DNA of 63,160 nt, filler included, from Choristocarpus tenellus KU-1152 (GCA_964200185.2; 11 parts of 11 records of this genome joined end to end with filler, not necessarily neighbours in it); one strand, 5' to 3'. Counted from the first letter of the whole stretch, positions 1 to 14,451 are shown. Notes: generated by a model not told the origin, from the sequence alone. Translations and numbers: made by a program.

Positions 1-65
1 ATGGGAAGCCAAGACCCAAATGGACAAACAGGGCAAAACTCGTACCCTCCAAGATACTTTCACTC
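1..65. mobile_element. MITE family A, terminal part (cut by window edge)
   Basis: CAAATGGACAAACAGGGCAAAACTCGTACCCTCCAAGATACTTTCACTC matches the ends of full copies such as 41605-41679. Confidence 0.85.
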
Positions 66-239
66 AATAAACGTATCTCTCACATTTCCCTTGTCCTCTC
101 GATCAGTCCAGGAGATACTAGTCTGAACACCCCCCAGCTCTTGGACTGAGAGTAGATACGATGTGTCCTCTAGTTCTCGGGAGATGTGAAGGGAAGTATG
201 GAGATAACAACATATAAAACACCGGAACTATCTCGTCCT

Positions 240-500
240 CATCCTTCAAGCAGACATTAGGATACAAGATTGCATGCTATATTCGGGACAAATGCGACAG
301 ACGCCAAAGTAACATGCACCCACTCATCGCGGCCAAACATTGAATTTTCAATCAATCTTGCCATACACCACAATGGGTAGTGATGTGCCGTCAGCCGTAG
401 TCATTTTGCAGCCTTATGGACATGTGGTGAAGTCATAAATGTACTTTAGGTCTTTCGTCATTTTATTGGAAGCACCCGAATCAAAACACCATGTTTAGAA
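240..500 (-). mobile_element. Decayed Ty1/copia protease region
   Basis: Minus strand reads WCFDSGASNKMTKDL...TADGTSLPI...VAFVPNIACNLVS, matching the copia WxxDSGASxHMT and VP..NLxS motifs; in-frame stops present. Confidence 0.75.
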
Positions 501-3095
501 AGCATTCGTTCTCACCTTGCAATTTTCAGTCACAGCGACTAACATGGTCTTTAAACTTCCTTCCTGTCCTAGCCGGTTCCTCTGATCCAGCTAGTTCTTC
601 CGCCGACTTTAGCGGATTCGCCCTCCAGCGATATAAGCGAAATGAGTAGACTACGAGTGAAGAGGAATCATGGTGTTGTAAAGCACCGATGAGTAGAATA
701 CGTAGTCTGTGATATGAGTTGATGTGATTGTGATGCAAATCACAGATGTATTTGTTCTGTTGCAACTGAAGTCATTGATCTCTCAGTCAAGAATGATGTA
801 ATTTGAATTCAGTGTTACTTCATGAGATACCCAACGAAAGAAAGTCCATGCTCTGTGGAGAGGCTTGTGACCTTGGCTGGCAAGGGTTTCCGTAGATGGT
901 TTTAACTCTGTATGTATTCCTTCCAAGTGTGAGTCACTGGCACTATTGCAGAGTGAGCATGGGGCGCTCAGTGGGGGCAATGACAACCGATGGAAAAATA
1001 TTAACCAACAGTTAACTTGCATCTGGGGTCTTATGCGAATAAAAAAAGAACAGAGATGACAGACAACAACAACGAGAAAAAAACAGAAGATAACAGTGGA
1101 ATGCGCTTGGAACAAGTTCCGAAGTAACTTGTATGACGCGTGCTATGATGTTCCTGTGTGTGATGTGTATCAACTGAATATCAACTGATGCTATACTTCT
1201 ATCTACTGTCATCGATATGATGATGAGTTGGGATGCGCAATAAATAAATCAACAATAACGACCAGTGCAGTGTACTAATCAACAGTCGGTAGAAGCTGGT
1301 AGTTTTTGTATCATATCAACAAGAAACAATTGAGTAGCCTATGTTTTAACACTAAGCACCCCATGTGGAAGTGCCCTTGTATGATCAACGCCCACAGTAC
1401 CACGGTAACATGGAACGAGTTTGTCCACGCATACACCCCGATTGTGGAGGGGGACCTAGAAGGAAAGATCTCCAACGAGATCATGGTAGATGTGAGGCGT
1501 GGCTATGTAAGGGAAACCCAATAACACCATATATGTCAATTATTAGAATTATTAATCTCCCCATTGTTGCAATATCGGACAGGTTACCCTGGCCCACACA
1601 TATTTTTTGGAAAACACTTTCAATTTCAATAACACGCCCCCCGCTAACACTGCACAAAAACCCTGTCTTCAAATTGCCATGCCTAGCACTGTTCTGTCGT
1701 CTTGGGCTCGTAACCCCCTGTGGCACAACGAAGGATGAAATAATCGAGAGGATCAAGGCGAAGTACACGGTATTCAGAGCCAAGAATCTAATGACTGACG
1801 ACTTCATCCTCGCCATTTCCATGGCGGGCGAGTCAAATCCCATCTCGAGGAGGACAAGAACCGAAGAGAACGACGAAGAAGACGACACAGGGTGTTCAGA
1901 CAAGGCCAACACGAGGCGAAAGGTCAATATGTGGTCATTAGGACCAAAGGGACGCGATGGGCACCGCATGTGTGACGATGTAATTGACTTTTCCTGTACT
2001 AATCCCCATCCCACATGCTTCAGCAACAACACACACGGTTGTCCACAACAGGAAACGCGTTACTTGGTAAGACTTGGCTCCACCTCTTCCAAATATATAA
2101 CACATGGCCCCACAGAACTACTGCTCCTCCTCTGTAAGACCAGGTCCTATTCCCACGGACAGAGGGGTTCCCCACACTCCTTGAGGTCCTCTTCACCAAC
2201 TTCCACAGTAATGTTTTCCTTCATCACAACACAACCATCTGGCAGGCGCGGCAGTATAGGCATCGCAAATCTCGCCTCCCGAAAGGTCACGCTGCCATGT
2301 CCATTGACTTCAGTTCCCAACTTTCCACACAACCACAAGGTTCTGACAAAAAAAAAAATTTTTAATCTATTGTTGACAGCGCTCCTGACCATTGTTTGGT
2401 GGTCGAGGGACACGAGGGAAGGGGGAAATTTGGGAAGTGAAGGATATGTGTTACAGGCGAATAGCACGAGCATTTCTTCCTGTGTTTTGAAAAAGCGCGA
2501 GCATTTCTTCTCATGTTTTAGCAAACACGAAAATTTGTGACAGACAAATAGTGCAAGGATTATTTCTCGCGTTGTAACAAGTGCGAACAATATACGATAT
2601 TAGTAACACATAGGTAGCCTTACAGGATAAAAGTTGATTTCATAGAAGATACAGAGTAAGATTTGTAATGCATACGTAACATTACAGAACAAAACGTTGA
2701 AGTCCCTAAGAATTTGCAGAATAAAGGTGTATGATTGGAGTACCTGTAGGGCAGTTGATAGAAGACCAAAGAAATTGGGTGGATGGTGAAAATGATAAGA
2801 GAGCTTTTGGTCAAGCCATTACCTCACTTTTGCCTCAATCTTACCTTTTGAACTAAACATTGAGTCAAGCTTTGAGCTATGTACAGAGTGGAGTATCAAG
2901 AGAAGGCTATCTGACACCCTACAATCTGTTATCAAGGGCAACGTTTCCATAGCGTCGTTTTAAGGTCGTTGGATTTGAGATGTACATCCTGTGTAGGTGA
3001 GTTCTGAGGGGCGCCTGTAACATGGAGATCCTACCCCGCCTCTCTTCAAACTTCTGTGGCTCCAAAGGAATCGTCCTTCTATAACCGTAAAACGA

Positions 3096-4761
3096 GTGGC
3101 CTCTGATCGCCACGGTTCAACGCCACCCCACCCTCAAGAGAGCAATGGCTACTCTCTCAGATGTGCCAGAGCTAGTGGAGAGGCAGAAGAAAGACCCCTT
3201 CTTGGGCAGCATACGGGACGTACTCGAAGGCCAAGAACACTGGAAGTCGTCACTCAAAAGGGGAAAAGGGAGTATAGATGTGGAGTCATATTCCTGGATG
3301 ATAAGGAGTTACTTTGGTACAGCCCTGGGGAGCATGCACCTAGGCTAGCAGTCCCTCGTTCACTAGTATCAGACACCATAGCCCTAGTACACCTGCAGAC
3401 TAGCCACCAGGGAGTTGGACGTACAGTAGCCCTAACCCGTCGATACTTCTTTTGGGCCTCACTCCACAAAGACACACAGGATTATGTTTTATCCTGTGAC
3501 TGTCGCAGACGAAACAGGACTAGGAGCGCACAAGTAGCAATGCTGCCAGCCAAGTTCCTGGAACCATGGGATGTACTCGAGATGGATCTACAAGACATGG
3601 GACACATCCCCGCAAAAGGCAATAATTATCTATTAAATGTAATTGATAGAGCTTCGAGATTCCCTTTTGCATTCCCAATGCCATCAACGGAAGCAAATGG
3701 AGTAGCAACAAACGTGTTAGAATTATGTCTTACATTTGGGATCCCACTGTCAATTCGTAGTGATACAGGAGAGGAGTTCACAGGAGACATAATGAATCAC
3801 CTTTGTCGTTGGCTGAAGGTACCTATCAATTTCGGACCAACTGGCAACTCGAAAGGACAAGGGGGAGTAGAAACGATGGGAGGTTTGCTTTTAGAAGTCC
3901 TGTGAACTATGTGTGAAGTGGACAGATAGATGGGATGAGTACATATCTCTGGCATGTTGGGCACAGCGCACTACTCCAGGCCCATCTGACCCCCTTAACC
4001 CCACCCCCTTCCAACTCTTGTTTGGTCGTGATCCCCGCTCACCGATAGACGCCGTCATACCCAAGTTGGATGGGGACATAGAGGTTGGAGGATTGGACTC
4101 CTTTATTGAGCAACGCAGACAGAACTTCAGGGAGGTACGAGAAGTCCTGGAGAGACGGATGTCTACAAGACAGAAATACAGAGAAAGAGCCAATGCTTTG
4201 ATTGCTAGGTCTTCCCCAGGACTCAGGTCTAATCCAGGTGACCTAGTTCTAGTAAAAGAAGCGGACAGCTCTATCCATGGAGAAAAACTAGCTGAGACAA
4301 AGAGTAGGCAGAAAGCTAGTCCATGAAAGATGTACGGGACCGAGGACTGTGAAGGAAATTTCACATCAGAGTAGCAGCATGACAGCCGAACTGCTAGGTA
4401 GGCAAACACGCATTCGTAATGTTCATGCTTCTCATGTGAAACCCTTCCACGTAAGGCCCATCCGCCTGAGACATAGCTTCCAAGAAGAAAACGCACAACT
4501 AGTGTGGGAGTCGGACCTGGGTCTAGCAGAGCATTCAGTGGTAGCAACTCCCATGTTCACTCTCACCGATAGGAAAGCAGTATTGTCGCCATCCAATGTA
4601 TGGCACTGGGAGTACCAAGGGAAGTATCAGAATGGAGAGTTGTCAAACTGGACAACCGAGAAAGAGGCTATGGATAGCTTCACTCCACTCCAGTTAGATG
4701 TCTTCCATGCCCTATGGGACCTCTATAATCCAGACACGAGCCCACGCCCTACTGACACCTC
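3096..4761 (+). mobile_element. Ty3/gypsy pol remnant: integrase zinc finger, DDE core and chromo-like C-terminus, frameshifted
   Basis: HLQTSHQGVGRT...FFWASLHKD...CDC zinc finger; LEMDL, YLLNVIDRASRF, FGIPLSIRSDTGEEF core; TPFQLLFGRDPRSP; VHASHVKPF; WEYQGKYQNG...WTTEKE. Split over three ORFs. Confidence 0.92.
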
Positions 4762-4861
4762 NNNNNNNNNNNNNNNNNNNNNNNNNNNNNNNNNNNNNNN
4801 NNNNNTTAATTAATTAANNNNNNNNNNNNNNNNNNNNNNNNNNNNNNNNNNNNNNNNNNNN
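4762..4861. other. Artificial contig linker, first of 10 (others start at 9512, 14782, 18137, 26469, 35842, 41505, 45537, 48177, 56883)
   Basis: Identical N44-TTAATTAATTAA-N44 blocks that put stop codons in all six frames. Confidence 0.98.
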
Positions 4862-6649
4862 CCACCAGCAATACACCTTTCCCCCCCCCCCCCTTCCCCC
4901 CCAGATACTTTGGGTCTCCATCACAGAACCATTGTGCAAGAATGTAAAAAGGATAAGCCGTAAGGTGTATGAGTTGGAGAGTAATGATGGGAGTAGTGGA
5001 TCTACCATACATGACCTCGCATACATACTGAATGTTTACAAGATTGCCTTAGCAAAGATAATGCCTGCAGTGGAGAAATTTTCAGGGTCTAAGGTGGAGG
5101 TGGAGAAAACTTAGGGTCCATGAATGCGTTTCTGCACCTAGTAGGGTCGGGGCTGACTGGAAGTTCATCGTTAATTTGGTTTGTCCCCTGTGGTATTCCA
5201 GGCGGCATATTTTTTGTTTTGGGCGGGTATTCGAATGCCTTTGAGCTGTGTGGTACCTACATCGTAGCCCTGGGATATTTGTTTTCCTCCTGACAATTTT
5301 TGGACACTCATGTGTACAGTTCCTTCACACACTCTCCCTGCCCATGTCATTTGTTTCTGTTCTTGTCACTCTTGTTGTCTTACTTAATATACTTTCGTTG
5401 CGCTCCACCCCATTGTTATCTTACACTCTGTACACACTGGGGGCGTACGGATCAGATCTCTGAAATATGAGCAGGGCATTTTCCAATCCCCTTTTTCGTC
5501 AATGGATGTTGTAAAATAATGATTGTAGCAATGGTTATTTGGGAGTGTTTGCCAATCTCTCTAATACCTTCTTGCCTGTCAGTGATTGCCATAAATTATT
5601 TTTCTTGTACAGCATACCTACTGCTAGTCACTGGGGCATTTTTCGTTAAATATAAAAACATGTTTAAGGTCTTTCTACGTAATTTTATCCGTCCTCACCC
5701 CATGTGAGGTTAACGAGAACACGAAAAAGGAGTATACCATTATTTATTGTGTCCATACCGAACATCAGGCTACTGTACTACATAAGCAAAACACAGTATA
5801 CACACTAGTCTTGAAGAGAAAATACGTACGAGGAAAGGAATAGCATGGATGCAGATAAACAACAAAACCAAAGAAGGAAAGAAGACAATAAACGAAAAAG
5901 GGTTGCTGGAAATGGAAGTTTATTGCACATCAACAATTAGTGTTGACCACAACTAATATCCAATCTTAGAGGGTACTACCTAAACACACATACCATCACC
6001 AACATACATGCAATGTGATCCAGGCAAAAATAGGCAGCAAGAGAAACATGCAAAAAAGGCAACACATGTTGGAGTATCGAACATTTATCGCTTGGACACT
6101 ACAAGAGGATACATTTAAGAGAGTGTAGATACAACGGTGGAAGGGTGGAAGAGGAAACCACTGTAGAGATACCTCCACCACACCCTATGTCTGTATACCA
6201 TGTGCCTATTCCAATAAGTATTGGCAAGTCACAAACTAGTCCACCTAGGCTACACTCAAATACTCCTATGAAACCAATCATATTTTCACAACGCAGACTT
6301 TTATCCTGTGACTGCACCCCTTGAAACCATGCAAATCTAGACTGCTATTTGTGTTAGTATGGAAGAAAAAGAAAGAGATTGGAATCTCACATGTTTTCCC
6401 CTTGCTGATTGTGATGAGGTGGTTGAAAAGAGAAGAGTGATACCAATAGAGATGGTGAGTCGTGGTTAGCACCTGTTGCTTCTAGAAGAAATAACTACAA
6501 CTGAACACTTCCAACGCTTCTAGGTTACTTCATCGAGATATATAAATAACACGTTTCGAACATGTGGACATTAAAACCCAGAATTGATTCTCTGTCATTA
6601 TCAATGTATACAGATTCTTCTACGCTCATTTCCTGCCTTCCTGTGAATT

Positions 6650-6885
6650 GACACAAAGCATTTTGAGGGTAGGGGTTTTGTCTGTCCGTTCAGGGCTTGG
6701 CTTTCCACGGGTTTTTATGCCCTTTTTCGGTTTTCTGTGTGAATGCAGTTACCTAAAATGCATACGACTATGAAGGTTGTGTCCGGAGCTAGGGTATGGA
6801 CACAAGATAGCCAAAATTCATCAAAATCGCAACATTGGATTAATGACCCCGAACAGACGCCCTGCCCTCTTAAATGCTTTGGCTC
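6650..6885. mobile_element. MITE family A, full copy (AAAGCATTT subfamily)
   Basis: TIRs GACACAAAGCATTTTGAGGG / CCCTCTTAAATGCTTTGGCTC; interior homologous to 29868-30125 and 33673-33932. Confidence 0.88.
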
Positions 6886-6966
6886 CTTCCTATTCCTGAG
6901 ATGCTGGCCTTCAGGCAGCGTTGCGAACAACTTAGTGCGTTGGTCAAGTGGCTCTCTTTTCTTCTA

Positions 6967-7740
6967 TTACCTCTGTACGGTAAGTTTGTGCCGCGAAACA
7001 TCTGGTCTTGCCGAGCAAGAACGGCGTCAAATCGGATGATAACCCCATAGAATGAAATTGGGTTGACAATCTCAACTTTCAGAAAAGGTGGGGGTCGAGA
7101 ATCATCAGTTACAAACTCTCGAGGTGCTTCAAGTCGTCAAAGTAGGGGTCTTTGGGGGTGATTTTGAGGCCAGAATTGTGCACGTCGAGGGTCAGAACAT
7201 CGGCATGACAACCCCTCTATCTATCCCCCCACGTAGGAAAGGCACCCAAGAGTCCCTGAATACCAAGTTTGCGCTTGCAGCGTGGCATGCCCTCGCAGCG
7301 GAGTTTGGAGTGTCCGAGCTTTACATGTGAGGGCTATGGGAGGACGTTGCCGATCAGCTCGCCTGTGACCACACGCTTGACCTGGGAGTGGTGGCAAGTA
7401 GTGGACGGCCTTCGGAAGTCAAACCAACCAAGATGGCCGCAATACACAGTATAAACTCCGATAATCGGTCATCCACAGTGCGTCAGGTGATAATGAAGAT
7501 GACCGACAAGGGGCTGAATTATAGCATGAGTACCACAAAGAGGTGGTTGGATGATATGGGGGCCATACCGAATCGCTGCTGGATCAAGGTTAAGCTAACA
7601 TCGTTGCAAAAGGTATGGAGAATGGACTTTGTTTGCGATCAAGTGGACCGGAAACGTGGTGTGTACGCCTCTATGGCGAACACGATCCATGCAGATGAAA
7701 CCTAATTTTACTTGATGGCTGATGGGGAAAGGGTTAGGAT
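6967..7740 (+). mobile_element. Plant-type mariner, 5' half (truncated)
   Basis: TA followed by TIR TTACCTCTGT..TAAGTTTGTGCCG; colinear with 37411-38140; encodes WRMDFVCDQVD...IHADET*FYL, the first catalytic Asp motif (HxDEKWF type). Confidence 0.85.
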
Positions 7741-7750
7741 GAACAACCTA

Positions 7751-9115
7751 TGTAAAGGATTACGGTATGTTGGTATCACAAGATCCCGGTAAGACACAAA
7801 AAATAAAATAATAAATTAATAACACGCAAATAAACAAAAAAAAATGGTAAGGATCTGTACCACACATATATACAACCATCCCTTTACTGAAACGATAGTT
7901 TACAATACTACGCCAAAAGTTAGAGTTAGATACACAGATTATGCAAAGGAGTATGGTAACAGTAAATACAAATTCTCAAGTCAACACTGTGTGGGACGAG
8001 AATTTTTTGCTGGCTATCCAATTCATTTTCTGCACGGTAGGCTTCAATCATTTCACGACATCGTGGGATATTTTCTATTCTTTTGTGAAGATGACAAGAC
8101 AGTCCATAGTCACAAAGACGATGGCGATAGATAACATTAGTGGACGAATGACAACGAGGACCAGGCCTATGTCCACCAATGTTATCAATAGTGTAATACC
8201 AATAACAGGTTGATATATTTGATGGTCTACATCCGGTAATGGTAATGGTTTCCCAGAAGCATATAATCCAGTTCATTTAAATCTGGTGTGGGAGGGTTCG
8301 ACTTGAGGATAGCAACGCTTCATTCAACCCAGATGAAGGAAAAGGGAGGTGGGTGTTTCCAGGTACTATTACCCTGTACACGATGGGTGAGACCTTAGAA
8401 TGTACTTCATACGGACTTCTTCAAGAGTGAATTAACTTCGGATTCGGAGCATCAGTACTCTCATGTGACCTATGGACTAGAACTTGATGACCAGATACGA
8501 AAACGGAGAACACGAGACGTTAGTTTACACGCCCCTGACTTTTAACTTGTTCATGGAGGCTGCAGCGGGCCAACTCGAATGCAAGCTGTAAATTTTCTTT
8601 GGTTTGCTGAGTAAACTCTTCAGTAGTAGTAGCATCTAAATCAACATGAGACGATGAACCAAAGATAATACCAACAGGTAAACGGACTTGTCTTCCAAAC
8701 AGAAGGAAAAAAGGAGTTCATGCAACTTTGCACTGAATGCTGTGTTATAGGCTAACCGTAAGAAAGACAGTAACGATGCCCAGGTATCCTCAGCAACAGA
8801 GAGATATACGTTGCTAGCATAGAATGCAACGTAGCATGTACCGTCTCTAACACAGAATTTCCTTGGGGGTGATACGGTGTGGTTTTGGTTTTCTTGTAAC
8901 CAAAGACAGACTACAACTCTGCAACAATACTGTTTTAAAATTCGGTACCTTGATCAGAGTGTAACGACTCAGGTGGGCCAAAAATTGAAAATACACTTTC
9001 TACCAGCGTACGAGCAATTGTTGTGGCCTCTTTATTTGGAACAGGGCTCAGCAGAACAAAACGAGTGAGGTGATCAATGGCAGACAACACAGAGGAGCAT
9101 ATCACAACATTTGCT
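7751..9115 (-). mobile_element. Ty3/gypsy integrase and GPY/F remnant, with a possible short LTR at 7751-7888
   Basis: VLSAIDHLTRFVLL...FSIFGPPESLHSDQGTEF; downstream PKLIHS*RSPYEV...SPIVYRV; TGTAAAGG...CCTTTAC inverted ends at 7751-7888. It truncates the adjacent mariner. Confidence 0.8.
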
Positions 9116-9149
9116 GTGTGAGGCATTTCCAACAGAGAGGTAGGAGGAA

Positions 9150-9489
9150 TATCTGTGAGTTAGATGAGACATGCAAGGTGCCAGAAGTGGCTGGGGGGGG
9201 GGGTAGATGACCCTTTCTTTGCAAGGATGTATGTCGATGAACGTATTTTGGTAGAAGTCCAATGGTATGAGGATGGGAGGAGATTAAAGTTGGCAACAAG
9301 TTCCTTAGTCTCAGATCACATACGATTATTTGGTCTGCAACAGGTGGAAGAACCTCCTATCTTGTCGACTAAGGAGTTGAATGGATGGCATACCACACAG
9401 GTAGTAGTGGGATAGAAGATAGATACTGAGACTATGACAACTGCGTTACAAGACGGAAAGTTAAAGGGACTGACGAGAGTGCTAGAAGA
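9150..9489 (+). mobile_element. DIRS/Ngaro-type (tyrosine-recombinase retrotransposon) reverse transcriptase fragment
   Basis: FFARMYVDERILVEVQW...SLVSDHIRLFG...VVG*KIDTETMTTALQDGKLKGL resembles the YVDD...LGWxIDTxxMTIxLPxxKL signature. Confidence 0.7.
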
Positions 9490-10868
9490 GGGTCAAAGTA
9501 TCTTGGGGGGGNNNNNNNNNNNNNNNNNNNNNNNNNNNNNNNNNNNNNNNNNNNNTTAATTAATTAANNNNNNNNNNNNNNNNNNNNNNNNNNNNNNNNN
9601 NNNNNNNNNNNTCAAACCCATCCTCCATAGTATGCTCCATCCTCAATTTTGGTGAGAGGCTGTTAGAGGTAGGGTGCATATGCTAACAATCGGTCATGGG
9701 TTTTGCTGTAATGTTGAGGGAGTGTGGAAATCATCACTTGAAAAGCACATCATTCCACCTGCGACAGACAAGACAGCGTGCTTACCTTGGCTTTCAACTG
9801 AAGCACTCCTTGCCATCTGTCTGTCCCCTTACACGAAGTGAACAAATCGTTGGAAATCGATCTTGAAAGTGACAATTGCATATTATAGCAAACACGTTCA
9901 AACTTCATTTGTTCATGGTCAATGGTGGCGAGCATGACATTGGGGCTGCTAGAGTTGGGATACTATTCTCCAGGTACCATGTAGAAGTTGACGAATCTGA
10001 GCCTCTACTTGAATACTTCGAAGTAGTTGATATCAAATATGACCCAGCAATACTCGGCGAACTCCAAGCATCATTTTTCTTCTTAAAATGTTCCGCACTG
10101 TCAACCTGAACAATTTGAGGTACCAAAAAATGTTTCCTTTGAATGTTGTGTATATCAGCAATCCAATGATACAGGTTTCGCATCATGTGAACTTGAAACA
10201 GTTGTGTGAATATGAAAGCAAAAGTACCCCAAGAACAGAAAATTCATTTTATGTTGTAAGTTGAAGGTGCTACTACAGCTTGATTGATGCTTTATGATTA
10301 CAGCTTTCCTTCCATACATATTTCACAGGATGAAACGTCCTGCGCCAGATTTTGGAAATGGTTTGAAAGCGTCCAGCGTATTTTGTAGGATCGAACCTTT
10401 TTTTCCCAATTGGGCATAAAACGGCAAGTATATAGGGTTCCATGGGGAGTTAGGACTACAAAACCAACTTAGTGAGATCCACTTTGCTGCCATGTTTCCA
10501 TTCATACATACATAAATTCGTTTGACTCAATCATTTCCAGAAGACATTGAAATAACTATTATTTCCCCCCATAATAGGCCAACATAGTGATGTATATTGG
10601 TTTGGAAATGCCACCAGACCATGCACACGCGCACAACACAACTCTACACTGGGTCTCATTTTGACAAGGTTCTCTCACCAGTACGAAGTACACTATGCAT
10701 AAGAAAATTCCAGAAAAGAGTTTCTAGAAATGGTCACTCAGGGTTTCAATGAGCGACTCTGAATTAAAAATATCCTGTGTGGCTATAACTCCCATGGATG
10801 CATAATATGGAAGACATCAGCAGGGAACAGCTATTTCACCTTGATCCCATCGCCACACACTTTGCAGG

Positions 10869-11478
10869 TACTAAATACCTTTTGTTGTAGGTACTCTTGT
10901 TCCTCAGCCCTGTGTTTTTATTCAGACCCATTTTAAGGCAGGCTGCCAAAGATTTCAAGAACTTGCCCTTTTTACCGATTAAGAAATTGATTATCAGCTG
11001 AGCATCATCAGACATCGTTAATAACTGCAAATGGTACAAGCATTCCGAACACACGGTCAAATATATATTTTTCATGTTGTACCTTTGACCAAACCGAACT
11101 TACATTTCGAACACTGCTCCAGCCCTCGTCACTTCTCAAAACAAAGAGTCAAAGTAAACGAGAGCTATACCCAGGTTTGGCCCAATTTGCATTTTGAGTC
11201 TTTTTTTTCGATATTTTGCAATTCACCCATACTTCTATGGATGATTCTAAGTTTCATTTGAGAATTTTATTTCTCTGTTGTTTCAAACAATTCCGACACA
11301 ATCCACAAAACATCCGTAACACATTTATAAAAAAAAGAATTACACATATTGGTTAAAATCCTTAAATGCAACTCTGGGTTCCTCTCGTTTACTTTGACTC
11401 TGTACAGAGCAGACACCTGCTGTATGTAGTCAGTAACAGAACTACACTCTACCCAACAGAAACGATCAACACCTGGAC
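10869..11478 (-). CDS. Probable internal exons of an unidentified gene (about 11418-11478 and 10869-11023)
   Basis: AG/GT-bounded, phase-compatible open exons: PGVDRFCWVECSSVTDYIQQ | LLTMSDDAQLIINFLIGKKGKFLKSLAACLKMGLNKNTGLRNKSTYNK. No recognised domain. Confidence 0.35.
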
Positions 11479-12110
11479 TGTGGTAGGTGATGAACACAAT
11501 GATGCTATTAGACTTTAGACTTAGACATCTTCAAGCAAAATGCACAGTGGGAGGTAGCATGGTTGCAAGACACAAATATTCATCAACAGCTGAGGTAGAG
11601 ACGACCTCAATCACATGCTACCAGAACGAAACTATCTGTGTGGAGTGGTGGTGGTGGGGTATCATCATATTGTTGTAAAAATATGGAAACAGGGATCATC
11701 ATCATTAGAGACTTTTTACAGCGATAGCTGGGCACTGCAATAGCGTTGACAACCAGGTAGAAAATTGTTGTACATTAGACAACAGAGCTCCACTCCAATA
11801 TGTCAAACACATTAACGTATGGCAGACTAGTTTAACAGCCAAAGAGCTCTTGCATCATACAAAAGAAATCTGGCACAAGAACCCCCCAACTATATCCGCA
11901 GCTAACCATGATCAGAGTGAACTGAAACATGCACAGAGAGAAGTGGTCGGGTCGTTTCGGAGACAATAATGCCCTTGAACTGTTCTTCACCTCTCTCTCT
12001 CCTGTGTGCTACCTTTCCCCACCCCTCTCACACCGCCCCTGTAGGATAGGAAGTCAACAAGAATCACTCTCACCACCAATGCCAATGACTACATTTCTTA
12101 CGCCAAACTT

Positions 12111-12952
12111 CTAGCAGAACTTCCACCGATTGCGGCAGTTTCCACAGGTAACAAATGTGGTCATAGGCTCATCCGCAGAACGGGTTTGCTTCTGGAAGTA
12201 GGTGGTCTTCTTGGACTTGCATCGACCGCACTCAAACATCCCCTGCCAGGGATATTCATGTACACTAAAGTGTGAGCAAGAGTACAATACAGAAAGGGTA
12301 ACTAGCAAGCTTGTCCGTTTGCACACAAATTAAAGACCCAAAGTATCTGGGGGGAAGTCTACACCAGGGTGTCGATTTGGGTCAAAATCAGGAAAAGTGC
12401 AATTACATTATCCATCTGAAATATGCAACCAAATCACCCAAAAATCGCGACACGAAAAAATTGATCCCAAATGGACAGCCGCCACCCCCCCTCAGATACT
12501 TTGAGCCAAAGTTAGGTTGTATGGATTTCGATTATAAATATACTTGTGCAACAAGCGAGGAGGCATTGCACATCTATGGCGGGTTAAGAAACAAACTGTT
12601 ATGTAAGTGACGTCGGACATCTTGCGTGCCTATACCATACGTAGACATTCATCTCTTGAAGCAGGGATTCCCCTGCATCATCGACATTGATCACCATAGG
12701 CTTTTGTAGAAATGAGCACATTTCACTGTTCACTTTAACTTTGAAGAATCTTCAGAACATGGTCGCAGTTGCAGAAGGTAGGTAGTTTGGGTTGGTTTCG
12801 GTTGATTGATTGGTGTAAACAAAAAAAACAACATACAAATTACTGCAACAGGTGAACATATCCACAACACGTATTCCATCCTCATCACCTCCATTGACTT
12901 GATTCCGCACTCCTTGTTGATAATATCCTGGTTCTTGTCTGCCCAATCAAGC
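12111..12952 (-). CDS. TFIIS: Transcription elongation factor S-II, last two exons (12889-12952 and 12111-12242)
   Basis: Spliced product [21 protein letters not shown]|[43 protein letters not shown]; C4 zinc ribbon with QTRSADEP; canonical phase-0 intron. Confidence 0.93.
12335..12507. mobile_element. MITE family A, short G-rich subfamily, inside the TFIIS intron
   Basis: GACCCAAAGTATCTGGGGGG / CCCCCCTCAGATACTTTGAGCC TIRs, flanked by AAA/AAA. Related ends at 4862-4916, 9490-9511 and 18085-18136 abut gaps. Confidence 0.8.
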
Positions 12953-14451
12953 CTAAAAAGTCACTCACATGCACACACACAAACAAATAGGCACCAAGGT
13001 TGAGCAAAAAAGGGTTAGGGATACTACAGAGCAATTTCAACTTTCTACACGAATGTGGAGTGTAGGTTGCTCCATTATTAATTTCTTTTTGTCAACAGCA
13101 ATATGCTCTCTAGAAATCAATCTTTGGATCATTGTTGAAAAATTGTGCACAAAATACACTTCGCATTACCAGTCTACAGATTAGCACCACTCTACTAAAA
13201 AAAACAACTGAACCAACCATCCACATCAAGGTAGCCAACACAAAATGTACAGGCCAGTTAAGAGTCATCTTATTGAGGCTCTTTTTTAGCATTCAGGGCC
13301 TCTACTCCTGCCTGACACCCTATTCAAATGCCTGAAACGCAGCGGACCCCCTTTAGGAAGGGGTGAATGCAGAAGATAAGACAAAAAGGTCATCCACATT
13401 AGCAAAAAAGCACCCTCTCTGGGGTCCTAGAACCAAACACATCAGAAAGCAGTCACAAGGCCCCACACTCAAGAAACACTCCCCATCTACAATATGTTGC
13501 CTTTCAATAGTCTCCCTTCCGGATAGTAGATTCTACATTGCAGCATAGAATATGAGGTTCTTTACTGCATTTATCTGAGATTTTCTGAAGACATGCTTGG
13601 AAGCAAAAACGGACAATTTCTTTTTTAAAAAAAATGAATGACCTGTACTTGCATTTTGACTATAAAAAAACACCTCTACACCATCATGATATCAACTTCA
13701 TATGATGGATTATGGTCAATGTGGGAAGAAGTTCGGAAAGAGAGATCTAGAATATTTGTACTTATTGCATTCCCTTAAAAAATAAATAAATAATGTACAT
13801 ATTACTACTGCAACATTGAAACAAAAATGAACTGCAGGACCACAAAATATCAAGGGAATGCTATTCTTGACTTGACCCCCTCCGCAATAAATACATCCTG
13901 TATTGTTGCTAAATTAATCCTCACGAACAATCTTAGGATTTAACAGATAATGGAAGACTTCTTGTTGACTTTGTCCCCCTCCCCCAAATATTCTTATCAC
14001 TACTATATGAAAGAAAGATAGGAATATGTCCGCAACTGTAGACCTTCATGCTCAAATTGGACAAAAGCCTTCTTGAGGTGAAAACCGAGGGCAAGGAGTA
14101 TCTGGTTCTAGGATAGAAGTAGAGAGTTGGATTTGGACAGGTAGCACATGGTATGAGACCTTCACAAGCATCTAGAGATTGTTCAAATGGTGTATAAAAA
14201 CGGAAAAAAAAACATTGCTGGGAGAAAAGAGAGTGATACAAAAAAATTAATCATGTGAGGAAAAAAATACTGGCAGGGACCACAATCTCAATACCCTTGT
14301 TAGGAGTGATACAGGACTATAGAAACACACCATAACATTTTGGTTCAGCCGTGAAGTATTCTTGGCTATTTATTGGGTGCATTCTCCTCATGACCGAGAT
14401 AAATAATATATAAATAATAACGAAGTAATATGATACTATCATAGCATGGTG

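Noticed and set aside
1365-2540. 391-aa ORF as a real gene
   Set aside because: No coherent domain. It looks like a chance read-through of TE debris: a possible LTR start at about 1506 and a copia gag-like stretch TKDEIIERIKAKY...WSLGPKGRDGH at about 1725-1975.
4762-4861. TTAATTAATTAA palindrome repeated 10 times
   Set aside because: Always embedded in identical N runs; it is a synthetic six-frame-stop linker.
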